A DNA stretch of 64,000 nucleotides, from contig CAWAMW010000016.1 in the NCBI GenBank assembly GCA_963783305.1, forward strand, positions 192,001-256,000, given 5' to 3'. This document shows positions 9,565-19,712 of the stretch, piece by piece. Source of the DNA: an uncultured Gemmatimonadales bacterium (GTDB taxonomy: Bacteria; Gemmatimonadota; Gemmatimonadetes; Longimicrobiales; RSA9). Numbering within the stretch: position 1 is the stretch's first letter; each line of letters opens with the position of its first letter. The notes under the pieces were generated by a model. It worked only from the letters and a program-made list of their open reading frames with translations. It was not told where the DNA came from and made no database searches. The position numbers were made by a program, and so were the translations under genes.

Positions 9565-9756
9565 CTAGTGCCGGGTGGCGCCCATGGTTCGGAGCGCCAT
9601 CCGGAGCAGCAGCTGGCGGACGGGGTCCGCGCGCTGGCAGGTCAGGCAGTCGCCGGCGACCTCCTGGCACGGAACGCCATCGGCCTGCGACTCCGCGCAG
9701 CATACGCCCAATGGCAGGATCCACTCGCAGGCGTGCTGGATCTCGGCGGGTGACAT
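9565..9756 (-). CDS. Small Cys-rich hypothetical protein (63 aa)
   Basis: MSPAEIQHACEWILPLGVCCAESQADGVPCQEVAGDCLTCQRA... with GGAGGT upstream. It stops just upstream of the amine oxidase start. Confidence 0.6.
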   Translation of the reverse strand: MSPAEIQHACEWILPLGVCCAESQADGVPCQEVAGDCLTCQRADPVRQLLLRMALRTMGATRH

Positions 9757-10007
9757 TCTCACGTGACACCTCCCGCGGCCCGAGACGGCCGCTCGACAGG
9801 ATGGGGCTGTCTCAATGTGCGGGGGGTGCGTGGCCGCCAGCAAGGGCCGGGTGTGGATTGGAATGAGTTTCCGGGAAAACCTTGCACGAGGGTCCTCTGA
9901 ACCCCCACACCATTTTCAAGATCGTCCCTACGTCGGGCGGGTGGTGGTCCCCGCATCTTGTGGAGTGGCGTGCGGCATGAGACGTCCATCCAAGCAAGGA
10001 GTTCTCG

Positions 10008-10601
10008 ATGCGTGAACTGCGCATCCACGGACGCGGCGGGCAGGGTGCCGTGATCGCGAGCAAGGTGCTGGCGGTGGCGGTATTCCGGGAAGGCCGTTGG
10101 GTCCAGTCGTTCCCGGCGTTCGGTGTGGAACGGCGCGGGGCACCCGTCACTGCGTTCCTGAGAGTGGCCGATGCACCGATCCGCCTTCGCTGCGAGATCA
10201 CGGCGCCGGACGACCTGATCGTCCTCGACCCCACACTGGTGGACGCGATCGACGTGACGGCGGGATTGAAGCCGGGCGGCGGGATCCTGATCAACACGGA
10301 CCGGCCGCCCACCGCGTATCCGGCGCTGACCGATCGCTTCCGGGTGGCCACGGTCGATGCCAGCGCCATCGCGGCGGCGCACGGCATCGGCAGCCGGTCG
10401 CAGCCCATTGTCAATACGGCGATTCTGGGAGCGTTCGCGACCTGGTCCGGACTGGTGGGGCTGGACAACGTATGCGAGGCCATCGCGGAGGAGGTGCCGT
10501 CGCGGACCGCCGCCAACCAGGCGGCGGCGCGCGAGGCCGCCGAGGCCGTTCGCCTGGACGCCGAGGCGGGGTCTTCGACCGTGGAGGCGGCCCATGTCTG
10601 A
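10008..10601 (+). CDS. 2-oxoacid:acceptor oxidoreductase gamma subunit
   Basis: ELRIHGRGGQGAV, FPAFGVERRGAPV, IVNTAILGAF; AAGGAG RBS. Confidence 0.93.
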   Translation: MRELRIHGRGGQGAVIASKVLAVAVFREGRWVQSFPAFGVERRGAPVTAFLRVADAPIRLRCEITAPDDLIVLDPTLVDAIDVTAGLKPGGGILINTDRPPTAYPALTDRFRVATVDASAIAAAHGIGSRSQPIVNTAILGAFATWSGLVGLDNVCEAIAEEVPSRTAANQAAAREAAEAVRLDAEAGSSTVEAAHV

Positions 10602-12330
10602 GCGCCCGTTCGGTGAGCCTCTGATCTCCGTGAGCGACCGGTCCACGCTGGAGAACCGCACCGGGTCCTGGAAGTACATCCGGCCCATGTACCGGGACGG
10701 CGTGGCGCCGTGCAATCAGGCGTGTCCGGCCGGTGTGGACGTGGAGGGATACCTGAACCTGCTCCGGCAGGACCGGGTGGACGAGGCCCTCGACCTGCTC
10801 CTCCGCGAGAACCCCATGCCGGCGGTCACCGGCCGCGTCTGTCACCACCCGTGCGAGATTGGCTGCAACCGACAGCACTTCGATGAGGCGGTGGCGGTCC
10901 ACGCCATCGAGCGCGCCATGGGCGACGAGATCCTGGTGCGTGAGCACCCGGCGCCGGCGGAGCGTACGCGCCCGGAGCGAGTGGCGATCGTGGGCGCGGG
11001 CCCGGCCGGCCTGTCGGCGGCGTACCACCTCGCTCGCCGCGGCTTCGGCGTCACCATCTACGACGAGGCCGACGAGGCCGGCGGGATGCTGCGGCAGGGG
11101 ATCCCGGCGTACCGACTGCCGCGCGCAGTGCTGGACCGGCAGATCGAGCGGATCGAGGCGCTGGGCGTGGAGATCCGGACGGGCGCCCGCCTCGATGGCG
11201 AGGCCGTGCGGCACGAGCTCGACGCGTACGACGCCGTTTTCCTGGCCACCGGTGCGCACCGGGGTCGTCCTCTGGGGGTGCCAGGGGAGGAGGGGCGCGG
11301 GATCCTGGCCGGACTCGAGTTCCTGAAGGCGGTCAACCGGGGCGAGCGGCCGGATATCGGCAACCGCGTGGCGGTGATCGGCGGCGGGAACACGGCCATG
11401 GACTGCGCGCGCTCGGCGCTCCGGCTGGGGTCGGAGCCCATCGTCGTCTACCGGCGGACCCGGGACCAGATGCCGGCCATCGACCAGGAGATCGAGGAAG
11501 CCATGGCGGAGGGGATCGAGTTCCTCTTCCTCGCCGCCCCGGAGTCTTTCGGTCACGAGAACGGCCGCCTGACGAGTATGCACCTGACGCGGATGGAGCT
11601 GGGAGAGCCGGACGCGAGCGGCCGCCGGCGCCCTGTGCCCGTCCAGGATGGTGGCTTCATCCTCGCCGTCGATACGGTGCTCACGGCCATCGGCGAGGAC
11701 AGCGAGCTGGACGTGCTGCCGGACGAGCTCCCGCGCGAGTGGGGTGCGCTGAAGGCCGACGAGCTGGGCGGCACCGGCCACGCCGCCTGGTTCGCGGGCG
11801 GCGACCTGGCGGGCGAGGAGCGCACGGTGGCGGGCGCGCTGGGGTCCGGCAAAAGGGCGGCGCTGGGGATCGATCGCCACCTGCGGCGTCGCGCCGGCGA
11901 GGAGCCGGATGACGGCGATGTGGCCGCGCTGCGGTGGGGCACCGGAGAGGTGAGCGCCTCCCGGTGGCGGGGGGATGACCCCGTCCGGCGGACGAACCCG
12001 ACGCAGGAGATGGTGGACATCGGTGCGCTCCAGCTGGCGCACTTCCGACACGCGCCACGGCAGGCCGACCGCAGGAACGGCGGCCCCCGCTCGTTCGCGG
12101 AGGCGAACCTGGGGATCGACTTCGCGCAGGCGGTGGAGGAGGCGAAGCGCTGCTTCAACTGCGGGGTGTGCAACGACTGCGAGCTCTGCCTGATCTTCTG
12201 CCCGGACGCCGCCATCAAGCGAAAGGCGGAGGGCGGGTTCGAGCTGGACCTCGATTACTGCAAGGGCTGCGGGCTGTGCGCGGAAGAGTGTCCGCGGGGC
12301 GCCATCGTCATGACGCGGGAGGGACTGTGA
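10594..12330 (+). CDS. GltD/DsrL-like FAD/NAD(P) oxidoreductase fused to a PorD-type 2[4Fe-4S] ferredoxin
   Basis: APCNQACPAG, TGRVCHHPCEIGCNR, VGAGPAG, VIGGGNTAMDCAR, YRR. C-terminal CFNCGVCNDCELCLIFCP and CKGCGLCAEECP. Confidence 0.9.
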   Translation: MSERPFGEPLISVSDRSTLENRTGSWKYIRPMYRDGVAPCNQACPAGVDVEGYLNLLRQDRVDEALDLLLRENPMPAVTGRVCHHPCEIGCNRQHFDEAVAVHAIERAMGDEILVREHPAPAERTRPERVAIVGAGPAGLSAAYHLARRGFGVTIYDEADEAGGMLRQGIPAYRLPRAVLDRQIERIEALGVEIRTGARLDGEAVRHELDAYDAVFLATGAHRGRPLGVPGEEGRGILAGLEFLKAVNRGERPDIGNRVAVIGGGNTAMDCARSALRLGSEPIVVYRRTRDQMPAIDQEIEEAMAEGIEFLFLAAPESFGHENGRLTSMHLTRMELGEPDASGRRRPVPVQDGGFILAVDTVLTAIGEDSELDVLPDELPREWGALKADELGGTGHAAWFAGGDLAGEERTVAGALGSGKRAALGIDRHLRRRAGEEPDDGDVAALRWGTGEVSASRWRGDDPVRRTNPTQEMVDIGALQLAHFRHAPRQADRRNGGPRSFAEANLGIDFAQAVEEAKRCFNCGVCNDCELCLIFCPDAAIKRKAEGGFELDLDYCKGCGLCAEECPRGAIVMTREGL

Positions 12331-13487
12331 AGAAGGTCATGGTCGGCAACCACGCCGTCTCGCTCGGCGTGAAGCTCGCCCGGGCGGAGGTGATCTCGGC
12401 GTACCCCATCACGCCCCAGACGCAGATCGTCGAGATGCTCAGCGAGATGTGCGGCAGCGGCGAGCTGGACGCGCGCTTCATCAAGGTGGAATCGGAGCAT
12501 TCGGCCATGGCCGCGTGCCTCGGCGCCAGCGCAACCGGCGTCCGCACGTTCACCGCCACGTCGTCGCAGGGGCTGGCGCTCATGCACGAGCTCCTGCACT
12601 GGGCGGGGAACGGACGCCACCCGATCGTCATGGCCAACGTCAACCGCGCCATGGGCCCCGGCTGGAACATCTGGACCGACCAGAACGACTCGCTGGCCCA
12701 GCGCGACACCGGCTGGATCCAGCTCTACTGTGAGACGAACCAGGAAGTGCTCGACACCACCATCCAGGCGTTCCGGCTGGCCGAGGCGGTGGACCTCCCG
12801 GTGATGATCATCCTGGACGCCTTCTTCCTCTCGCATACGAGCGAGCCGGTGGACGTGCCGGATCCCTCGCTGGTGGACGAGTTCCTGCCGCGGCGCGAGG
12901 CGCGCGTCAAGCTGGACACCGACGATCCGCACGCGTTCCACGCGCTGGTCCGGCCGGACAACTATATGGAAATGAGGTGGGACCAGCAGGAGGCCATGGG
13001 CCGCGCCGCGCGGCTGTTCGAGGAGATTGATGCGGACTGGCGCGTCCTCACAGGCCGCTCCTACGGCGCCGTCGAGGGGTACCGCGCCGAGGACGCCGAG
13101 CTCCTGCTCGTGACCTCCGGCACCATCACGTCGACGGCGCGGGAGGTGGTGGATCGCCGCCGGGAGGACGGGGAGCGGGTGGGGCTGGTGAAGGTGAAGA
13201 TGTTCCGGCCGTTCCCCACCGCAGCGCTCCGGCGAGTGCTTCGAAAGGCCAGCCGCGTGGCGGTGCTGGACCGGAACATCTCGCCCGGCCACGGCGGCAT
13301 CTTCGCCGAGGAGATCCGCTCGGCGCTCTATGACGTCCCGCTCGACGACCGGCCGACGCTCTACGGCTACGTGCTGGGTCTCGGCGGCCGGGATGTCACG
13401 CCGGCGACGATCGACGAGATCATCGAACGGACACGGGCGGTGGACAGCCCGACGCGCGAAGACCTGTGGGTGGGGGTGAAGGCATGA
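12327..13487 (+). CDS. porA: 2-oxoacid:acceptor oxidoreductase alpha subunit
   Basis: AYPITPQT, ESEHSAM, TATSSQGLALMHE, RDTGWIQ, GLGGRD; GTGA overlap with the previous gene. Confidence 0.92.
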   Translation: MKKVMVGNHAVSLGVKLARAEVISAYPITPQTQIVEMLSEMCGSGELDARFIKVESEHSAMAACLGASATGVRTFTATSSQGLALMHELLHWAGNGRHPIVMANVNRAMGPGWNIWTDQNDSLAQRDTGWIQLYCETNQEVLDTTIQAFRLAEAVDLPVMIILDAFFLSHTSEPVDVPDPSLVDEFLPRREARVKLDTDDPHAFHALVRPDNYMEMRWDQQEAMGRAARLFEEIDADWRVLTGRSYGAVEGYRAEDAELLLVTSGTITSTAREVVDRRREDGERVGLVKVKMFRPFPTAALRRVLRKASRVAVLDRNISPGHGGIFAEEIRSALYDVPLDDRPTLYGYVLGLGGRDVTPATIDEIIERTRAVDSPTREDLWVGVKA

Positions 13488-14380
13488 GTCAGGTCATGAT
13501 CAAGGACCGGGTCCCGACCCTGGAGCTGCTCGATTCCGGGCATCTCGCCTGTCCCGGTTGTGGCGCGCCGCTGGCGATGCGCATGGTCCTGAAGGAGCTT
13601 GGGGAGAAGACCATGGTGGTGCTGCCGGCGTGCTGCTGGAGCATCATCGCCGGGCCGTACCCGCAGAGCTCCCTCCACGTCCCGCTCTACCACACCGCGT
13701 TCGAGACCGCGGGCGCCGTGGCGTCCGGGATCCGGGCGGCGCTCGATGCGCGCGGCGACACCGACACGACGGTTATGGCGTGGGCGGGGGATGGCGGCAC
13801 GTTCGACATCGGGCTCCAGTCGCTTTCGGGCGCGGCGGAGCGGAACGAGGACTTCATCTACGTCTGCTACGACAACGAGGCGTATATGAACACGGGGATC
13901 CAGCGCTCGTCGGCCACGCCGTGGGGGGCCTGGACCACCACCACGCCCAGGGACCACCCGCAGTCGACGAAGAAGAAGGACATCCTGTCTATCATGGCCG
14001 CGCACAGGATCCCGTACGCGGCCACCGCCTCCACGGCCTATCCGGTCGACCTTCTGGACAAGGTGCGGAAAGCGAAGTCGATCCGGGGCACCCGGTTCCT
14101 GCACATCCTCTCGCCCTGTCCGCCAGGGTGGAAGTACAGCGACGAGCAGACGATCGAGATGGGACGGATGGCCGTGCAGAACCGGGTCTTCCCACTGCTG
14201 GAGATCGAAGATGGGCTGCGCTGGCGGTTCACGGTGGAGAGCGCCGGGGACCCGGTGGAGCCGTACATCCGGGGCCAGGGCCGGTTCAAGCACCTGGACG
14301 ACGACTCGATCCGCAACATCCAGGCGGACGTGGATGCCCGCTGGGAGTACCTTCAGCGGATGGTACGCTCCAGCGACTAG
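13484..14380 (+). CDS. porB: 2-oxoacid:acceptor oxidoreductase beta (TPP-binding) subunit
   Basis: GHLACPGCG, GDGGTFDIG, YDNEAYMNTGIQRS, SPCPPGW; ATGA overlap. Confidence 0.92.
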   Translation: MSQVMIKDRVPTLELLDSGHLACPGCGAPLAMRMVLKELGEKTMVVLPACCWSIIAGPYPQSSLHVPLYHTAFETAGAVASGIRAALDARGDTDTTVMAWAGDGGTFDIGLQSLSGAAERNEDFIYVCYDNEAYMNTGIQRSSATPWGAWTTTTPRDHPQSTKKKDILSIMAAHRIPYAATASTAYPVDLLDKVRKAKSIRGTRFLHILSPCPPGWKYSDEQTIEMGRMAVQNRVFPLLEIEDGLRWRFTVESAGDPVEPYIRGQGRFKHLDDDSIRNIQADVDARWEYLQRMVRSSD

Positions 14381-14478
14381 CGTTGCCGGCGTCCCACCGG
14401 TCCCGCTACACTCCATGTCGTCGAACGAGGGCTCCGGAGACGGAGCCCTCTCACTGTAGCCCGTGCAGAGCCGTGCCC

Positions 14479-15507
14479 ATGTCGCTTCGCCGTTTCCTTT
14501 CCCGTGCTGTCCTCGCCGCCCTTCCGCTCGCCGCGCTCGGCTGCGATGATGGCACCTCACCCATTGATCTGGGCGGCCTGAACGCGCCTGCGGTCACCGC
14601 GGCGGTAGACGGCCTGGTGGCGCCGCTCTACGCCAGCGCCGAGGCGATTGCGAACCTGCGCGGGGCGGAGCAGGTGCTGCTGGCCGCCGGTCTGGTTCCG
14701 GATCCTGACGCGGAGGAGGCGACGCCGCAGCTTCCGCCCGAGGTCGTCGGCTCCACGTACGTGTACGACCCGTCCTCGCTCTCCTGGGTGACCGACGAGT
14801 CCCGAACGGACGCCCCCACCGACGGGATCCGGCTCATCTGGTACCGCCTGGACAGCACCGGCAGGGTAGTGGAGCCGTTGGCGGAGAAGGGGTTCATCGA
14901 CGTCCGGCCCTCGGCGAGCGGAGAGTTCGATCCGGTGACGACCCGGATCGTGGGCACGGAAGATGGCAGCACCGTCCTGGTCGACTTCAGCCAGGGCCAC
15001 GACGGCCCCGGCAATGTGGTCGCGACGCAGACGCTGGTGGCCTCCGGGTCGTATTCCGATGGCGCGGAGACGTCGACCTTCTCGCTGCGCTGGGAGCGGT
15101 CTGAGAACGGCGTGTCCAATGACGTGACGGACAGCTATGACATCACGATCGAGCAGGCGGGCACCCGCTACGTGGTGGACGTGAACGGCAGCATCGATGG
15201 GAGCACCGGCCGCTCGGACGACCGGGTGGCCGCCACGATCACGAGGGACGGCGTGTCCACGGGCGTGGACATGAATTCGGTCGCCGTGGGGCAGGCGCTG
15301 GAGGACGCCACCGGTACGGTCACGCATGCGGGTGTAGCGGTGGCGGAGATCCGGCTGAACGGCAACAGCTACGAGTTCGTGGCTCCGAATGGCGACGGTA
15401 TCCCCGCGGGGCAGGCGGGCGAACTCAATCGCCTCTTCGGCTCGCTCACTCTCGACTGGGCCGTGCTGTTCTACGACCTGCCGCTCTACGGCTTCATCCT
15501 CGAGTAG
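14479..15507 (+). CDS. Hypothetical lipoprotein (342 aa, beta-rich)
   Basis: Signal peptide MSLRRFLSRAVLAALPLAALG-C with lipobox; acidic, Thr/Gly-rich mature part. Confidence 0.75.
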   Translation: MSLRRFLSRAVLAALPLAALGCDDGTSPIDLGGLNAPAVTAAVDGLVAPLYASAEAIANLRGAEQVLLAAGLVPDPDAEEATPQLPPEVVGSTYVYDPSSLSWVTDESRTDAPTDGIRLIWYRLDSTGRVVEPLAEKGFIDVRPSASGEFDPVTTRIVGTEDGSTVLVDFSQGHDGPGNVVATQTLVASGSYSDGAETSTFSLRWERSENGVSNDVTDSYDITIEQAGTRYVVDVNGSIDGSTGRSDDRVAATITRDGVSTGVDMNSVAVGQALEDATGTVTHAGVAVAEIRLNGNSYEFVAPNGDGIPAGQAGELNRLFGSLTLDWAVLFYDLPLYGFILE

Positions 15508-15525
15508 CCGGAGCCGGGCGCTGGG

Positions 15526-17307
15526 TCACCCGGACGTGATGATCGGTTTGGGCTCCACCGGCGCCATCTTATCCTGGCGCTCCTGCTCCAGCGACTGGTC
15601 GCGTTCGTACACGTCCTCGTGGAACCGGATGGTCCCATCCTCGTCCACCCACGCGGTGAAGTAGAGGATGTAGACGGGCACCTTCTCGTCGAACGGGATC
15701 CACTGCTCGCCGGTGGAGCGGCGCAGCTCGTCATAGTCCCCGGGGTCGCGGTCGCTGAGCCGATCGAGGAGCGTACGGGCCAGGTCGGCCGGCCGCTCCA
15801 CCCGGATGCAGCCGTGGCTGAACGCCCGCGTCTCCTGCGAAAAGAGGTGGTCCGCCGGGGTGTCGTGCAGATAGATGTCCTGGGCGTTCGGGAACAGGAA
15901 CTTGACGTTGCCGAGGGCGTTCCCTTGTCCCGGCTTCTGACGCACCCGGTACGCGCCATCCATGAGCGCGCTCGCCGGGACCGAGCTCCCCACCGGCTCG
16001 TCGTTGTAGAGGACCTCGTAGTTGTTGCGCGCCAGGTAGCCCGGATCGCGGGCGACCGCGGGCACGATCTCCTCCGTCTTGATCGACTCCGGCACGTTCC
16101 AGTACGGGTTCACTACCATGTACTCCAGCGTGTCCTGGAAGATGGGCGTCCGGTTCGCCGTTTTTCCCACCACCACGTTCATGGACTCGATGGCCTCGCC
16201 GTCGTATACGACCTCGAGCTCGTACCCCGCCACGTTGACGAGAATGAACCGGTTGCCGAGGTCGTGGGGGAGCCAGCGCCAGCGGTCGAGGTTCAGTCGC
16301 AGTCCGTCGATCCGCTCGTCCACCGTGATGTTCAGCGCTGCCAGCGTCGCGGGCCCTACCGCGCCGTCCTCCTGGAGGTTGTGCCGCGTCTGGAAATGCT
16401 CCAGCGCCAGCGCCAGCGAGTCGTCGAACACGCTCGTGCGCTCCCGGCCCTGCCGGGCCAGGCGCGTCTCGGTGGGGTCGTCGCCCGCCATGAGACGGGT
16501 GCGCAGCGTCGCCACCCGCTCCCCCTCCACGCCCGGTTTCAGCGCTTCGCCCTCCGGTACGACGGGCCAGCCGCCGCTCTCCTTCACCTCCCGAAGCTGC
16601 CGGAGCGCGGCGATCATGCGGGCGTAGTAGGGCGCCCTCGGACGTACCGACCCCAGGACCTCTTTGGGGTTCTCCCCGTCGAGGACCCGGGCGATCAGCT
16701 GACCATGGTCGATTTCGCCGCGATCGATCTGCCAGTCGAGCCCCGCGCGGTCCGGGTCGATGGTGCCCACCGCCAGGTCCTGCGCCAGACGCGCGAAGCT
16801 CTCCGTGAGCAGGAGGTCGAGCTTGGCGAGGTACTGGAGCTCCTGGTCTTCCACCGCGTCCTCGTTCAGCAGCTGCGCCATCTCCCGGGCGGTACTGAAG
16901 TGGTATCGCTCCCGATCCAGCCCCTCGGAGTTCGCGGCCGCGATCGATTCCAGCATGCTCACCCCGCGCGGCAGGATCTCGTCATCGTCGGTCCAGGCGG
17001 GCTTGTATCCCCGGTCGCGGTAGAGCGCCACGATGGAGGGCCGGATGGAGAGAGTGTCCTCGTTTGGCAGTGTGATGACCGGCGAGGCGGCGGCGTCCGT
17101 GGCGGAATCGGCGGCCGTGGCCGGGCTGCTCTGAGCTGAATCGGCGTTGGCGGAATCAGCGCTCGCGGCCCCCGGGCTTCCTGCCGCCACGGCGGTGCCG
17201 CCCAGCAGCGCCCGTATCTCGGCCGTAGCGTCGGGGTTCTCCCCGCAGGCCGTGGCTGTGACCACCACCGCCAGCAGAGCGGCCCGTATCGACGATCTTC
17301 CGCTCAT
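15526..17307 (-). CDS. L,D-transpeptidase, YcbB/LdtD-like lipoprotein with peptidoglycan-binding domain
   Basis: Lipobox TATAC; FQTRHNLQEDGAVGPAT (PG-binding); NPYWNVP, GNALGNVKFLFPN, YLHDTP, SHGCIRV. Confidence 0.93.
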   Translation of the reverse strand: MSGRSSIRAALLAVVVTATACGENPDATAEIRALLGGTAVAAGSPGAASADSANADSAQSSPATAADSATDAAASPVITLPNEDTLSIRPSIVALYRDRGYKPAWTDDDEILPRGVSMLESIAAANSEGLDRERYHFSTAREMAQLLNEDAVEDQELQYLAKLDLLLTESFARLAQDLAVGTIDPDRAGLDWQIDRGEIDHGQLIARVLDGENPKEVLGSVRPRAPYYARMIAALRQLREVKESGGWPVVPEGEALKPGVEGERVATLRTRLMAGDDPTETRLARQGRERTSVFDDSLALALEHFQTRHNLQEDGAVGPATLAALNITVDERIDGLRLNLDRWRWLPHDLGNRFILVNVAGYELEVVYDGEAIESMNVVVGKTANRTPIFQDTLEYMVVNPYWNVPESIKTEEIVPAVARDPGYLARNNYEVLYNDEPVGSSVPASALMDGAYRVRQKPGQGNALGNVKFLFPNAQDIYLHDTPADHLFSQETRAFSHGCIRVERPADLARTLLDRLSDRDPGDYDELRRSTGEQWIPFDEKVPVYILYFTAWVDEDGTIRFHEDVYERDQSLEQERQDKMAPVEPKPIITSG

Positions 17308-17513
17308 TTACAGTCTCTCCATGTATGGATTCAGGCCCCAGGGCGGGACGTTCCGAGGCTGAATAGTGCAATGACCGTTCCCTCCCGCGCACGCGGGTAC
17401 GCCCGGCGCGCGGCACCACGGGTTCACCCCTGGCCCGGGGCTGGCGTGGGGGGATCGCCGCGCGCACTATCCGCGCGGCCGTCGCCGAGATCACGCACTG
17501 GAGTGGAAACACC

Positions 17514-18278
<765 letters not shown>

Positions 18279-18434
18279 CGGGCGCAGCGGCGGAGAGCAG
18301 TTCCCGCGCCGCGTGCGGCCGCTCCTCTCCCACCATAAGCCGGGGCGGTCGCCGGCGCACGCATCTGGACGCCGCAGCGGTGTCGATCCATCTTTGTCGC
18401 GGCACACTCGCCCTCCCCCCCAACCCCGGATCCC

Positions 18435-19712
18435 ATGCCCATCACCCACGAGAACGCCCGGAAGATCGTGCGGCGGCTGGCCCGCGGCCGCGATGTGGAA
18501 GGGCTCCCGGAGATGCTGGCGCCGGTCCCGCCGGAGACGCGGCCGATGCCGCCGGCTGTGCCGAGATCGCGGAACTGGAGCGTGGAGGCCACGGCGGAAC
18601 GGGTAGCGTTCTTGGAGGCGCGGGGCGTGGAGCTGGATCATATCGCGGGGCGGGCGGCGCCCATGGATCCGGCGGATCTCCGGGGAAACATCGAGAACCA
18701 TATCGGCACGGCGCAGGTGCCCATGGGTGTGCTGGGTCCCATCCGTGTGAACGGGCTGCACGCGTCGGGGGACTATTACGTGCCGCTGGCCACGTCGGAG
18801 GGCGCGCTGGTGGCGAGCTATGACCGGGGCGCGAAGGTCATGACCCGAGCGGGGGGATGCGCGGCGCTCACCACCACTGAGCACGTGCAGCGGGCGCCCG
18901 GCTTCGTTTTCCGGTCCATGGCCGAGGCGGCGATCTTCGCCCACTGGGTGGCGAGCGAGTTCGACCGGTTCGTGGAGGTGGCGGCGGCGCGCACGGGGCA
19001 CGGCCGCCTGCTGGACCTCTCGGTCCACCTCCAGGGGAACCACGTCTACCTGATCCTGGACTTCCACACGGGGGACGCAGCGGGGCAGAACATGGTGACG
19101 TTCTGCGCGGAGGCCATCTGCCAGGACATCCTGGAGCGGTCCCCGCGTAAGCCCGAGTCGTGGTTCGTGGAGTCGAACATGTCCGGGGACAAGAAGGCCA
19201 CGGCGCTGAGCTTCTCCCGGACCCGGGGTAGGAACGTCACCGCCGAGGTGGTGATCCCGGCGGCGCTGGTGCGGTCGGGGCTGCGCACCACGCCGGAGCG
19301 CATGTGCGAGTACTGGCGTATGAGCTTCATCGGGGGGGTGCAGACGGGGAGCATCGGTGTGAGCGGGCACGTGGCCAACGGGCTGGCGGCCCTCTTCCTC
19401 GCCACGGGGCAGGACCTGGCGTGTGTCAGTGAGGCCGCCGTGGGCGTGACGCGCTTCGAGCTCACGGACGGCGGTGACCTCTACGCCATGGTCAACCTCC
19501 CCAACCTCATTGTGGGGACCGTAGGCGGCGGGACCCGGCTCCCCTCGGCACGGGAGAGCCTCCGGATCATGGACTGCGATGGCCCTGACACCGCGTCCCG
19601 GTTCGCGGAGATCTGCGCCGCCGTCATCCTGGGCGGCGAACTGTCCATCGTGGCCGCGCTGTGCGCCGGTGACTTTTCCCGGGCGCACGAGGCGTACGGC
19701 CGGCCTGGATGA
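18435..19712 (+). CDS. HMG-CoA reductase-like enzyme (class I type)
   Basis: ENHIG, PLATSEGALVAS, TGDAAGQNMV, SGDKK, TGQD, GTVGGGT, GELS and a C-terminal catalytic His (RAHE). Confidence 0.9.
   Translation: MPITHENARKIVRRLARGRDVEGLPEMLAPVPPETRPMPPAVPRSRNWSVEATAERVAFLEARGVELDHIAGRAAPMDPADLRGNIENHIGTAQVPMGVLGPIRVNGLHASGDYYVPLATSEGALVASYDRGAKVMTRAGGCAALTTTEHVQRAPGFVFRSMAEAAIFAHWVASEFDRFVEVAAARTGHGRLLDLSVHLQGNHVYLILDFHTGDAAGQNMVTFCAEAICQDILERSPRKPESWFVESNMSGDKKATALSFSRTRGRNVTAEVVIPAALVRSGLRTTPERMCEYWRMSFIGGVQTGSIGVSGHVANGLAALFLATGQDLACVSEAAVGVTRFELTDGGDLYAMVNLPNLIVGTVGGGTRLPSARESLRIMDCDGPDTASRFAEICAAVILGGELSIVAALCAGDFSRAHEAYGRPG

Noticed and set aside
9871..9886. Sigma-54 site upstream of the oxidoreductase operon (CCGGGAAAACCTTGCA)
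   Set aside because: Spacing is at most GG-N9-GC, not N10.
10594..12330. Call as dsrL (sulfur metabolism) or gltD
   Set aside because: No dsr genes or gltB nearby, and the gene is embedded in the oxidoreductase operon.
17340..17513. yybP-ykoY (Mn) riboswitch upstream of terC
   Set aside because: The expected GGGGAGUA and CGUCAAUAC-like cores are not present.
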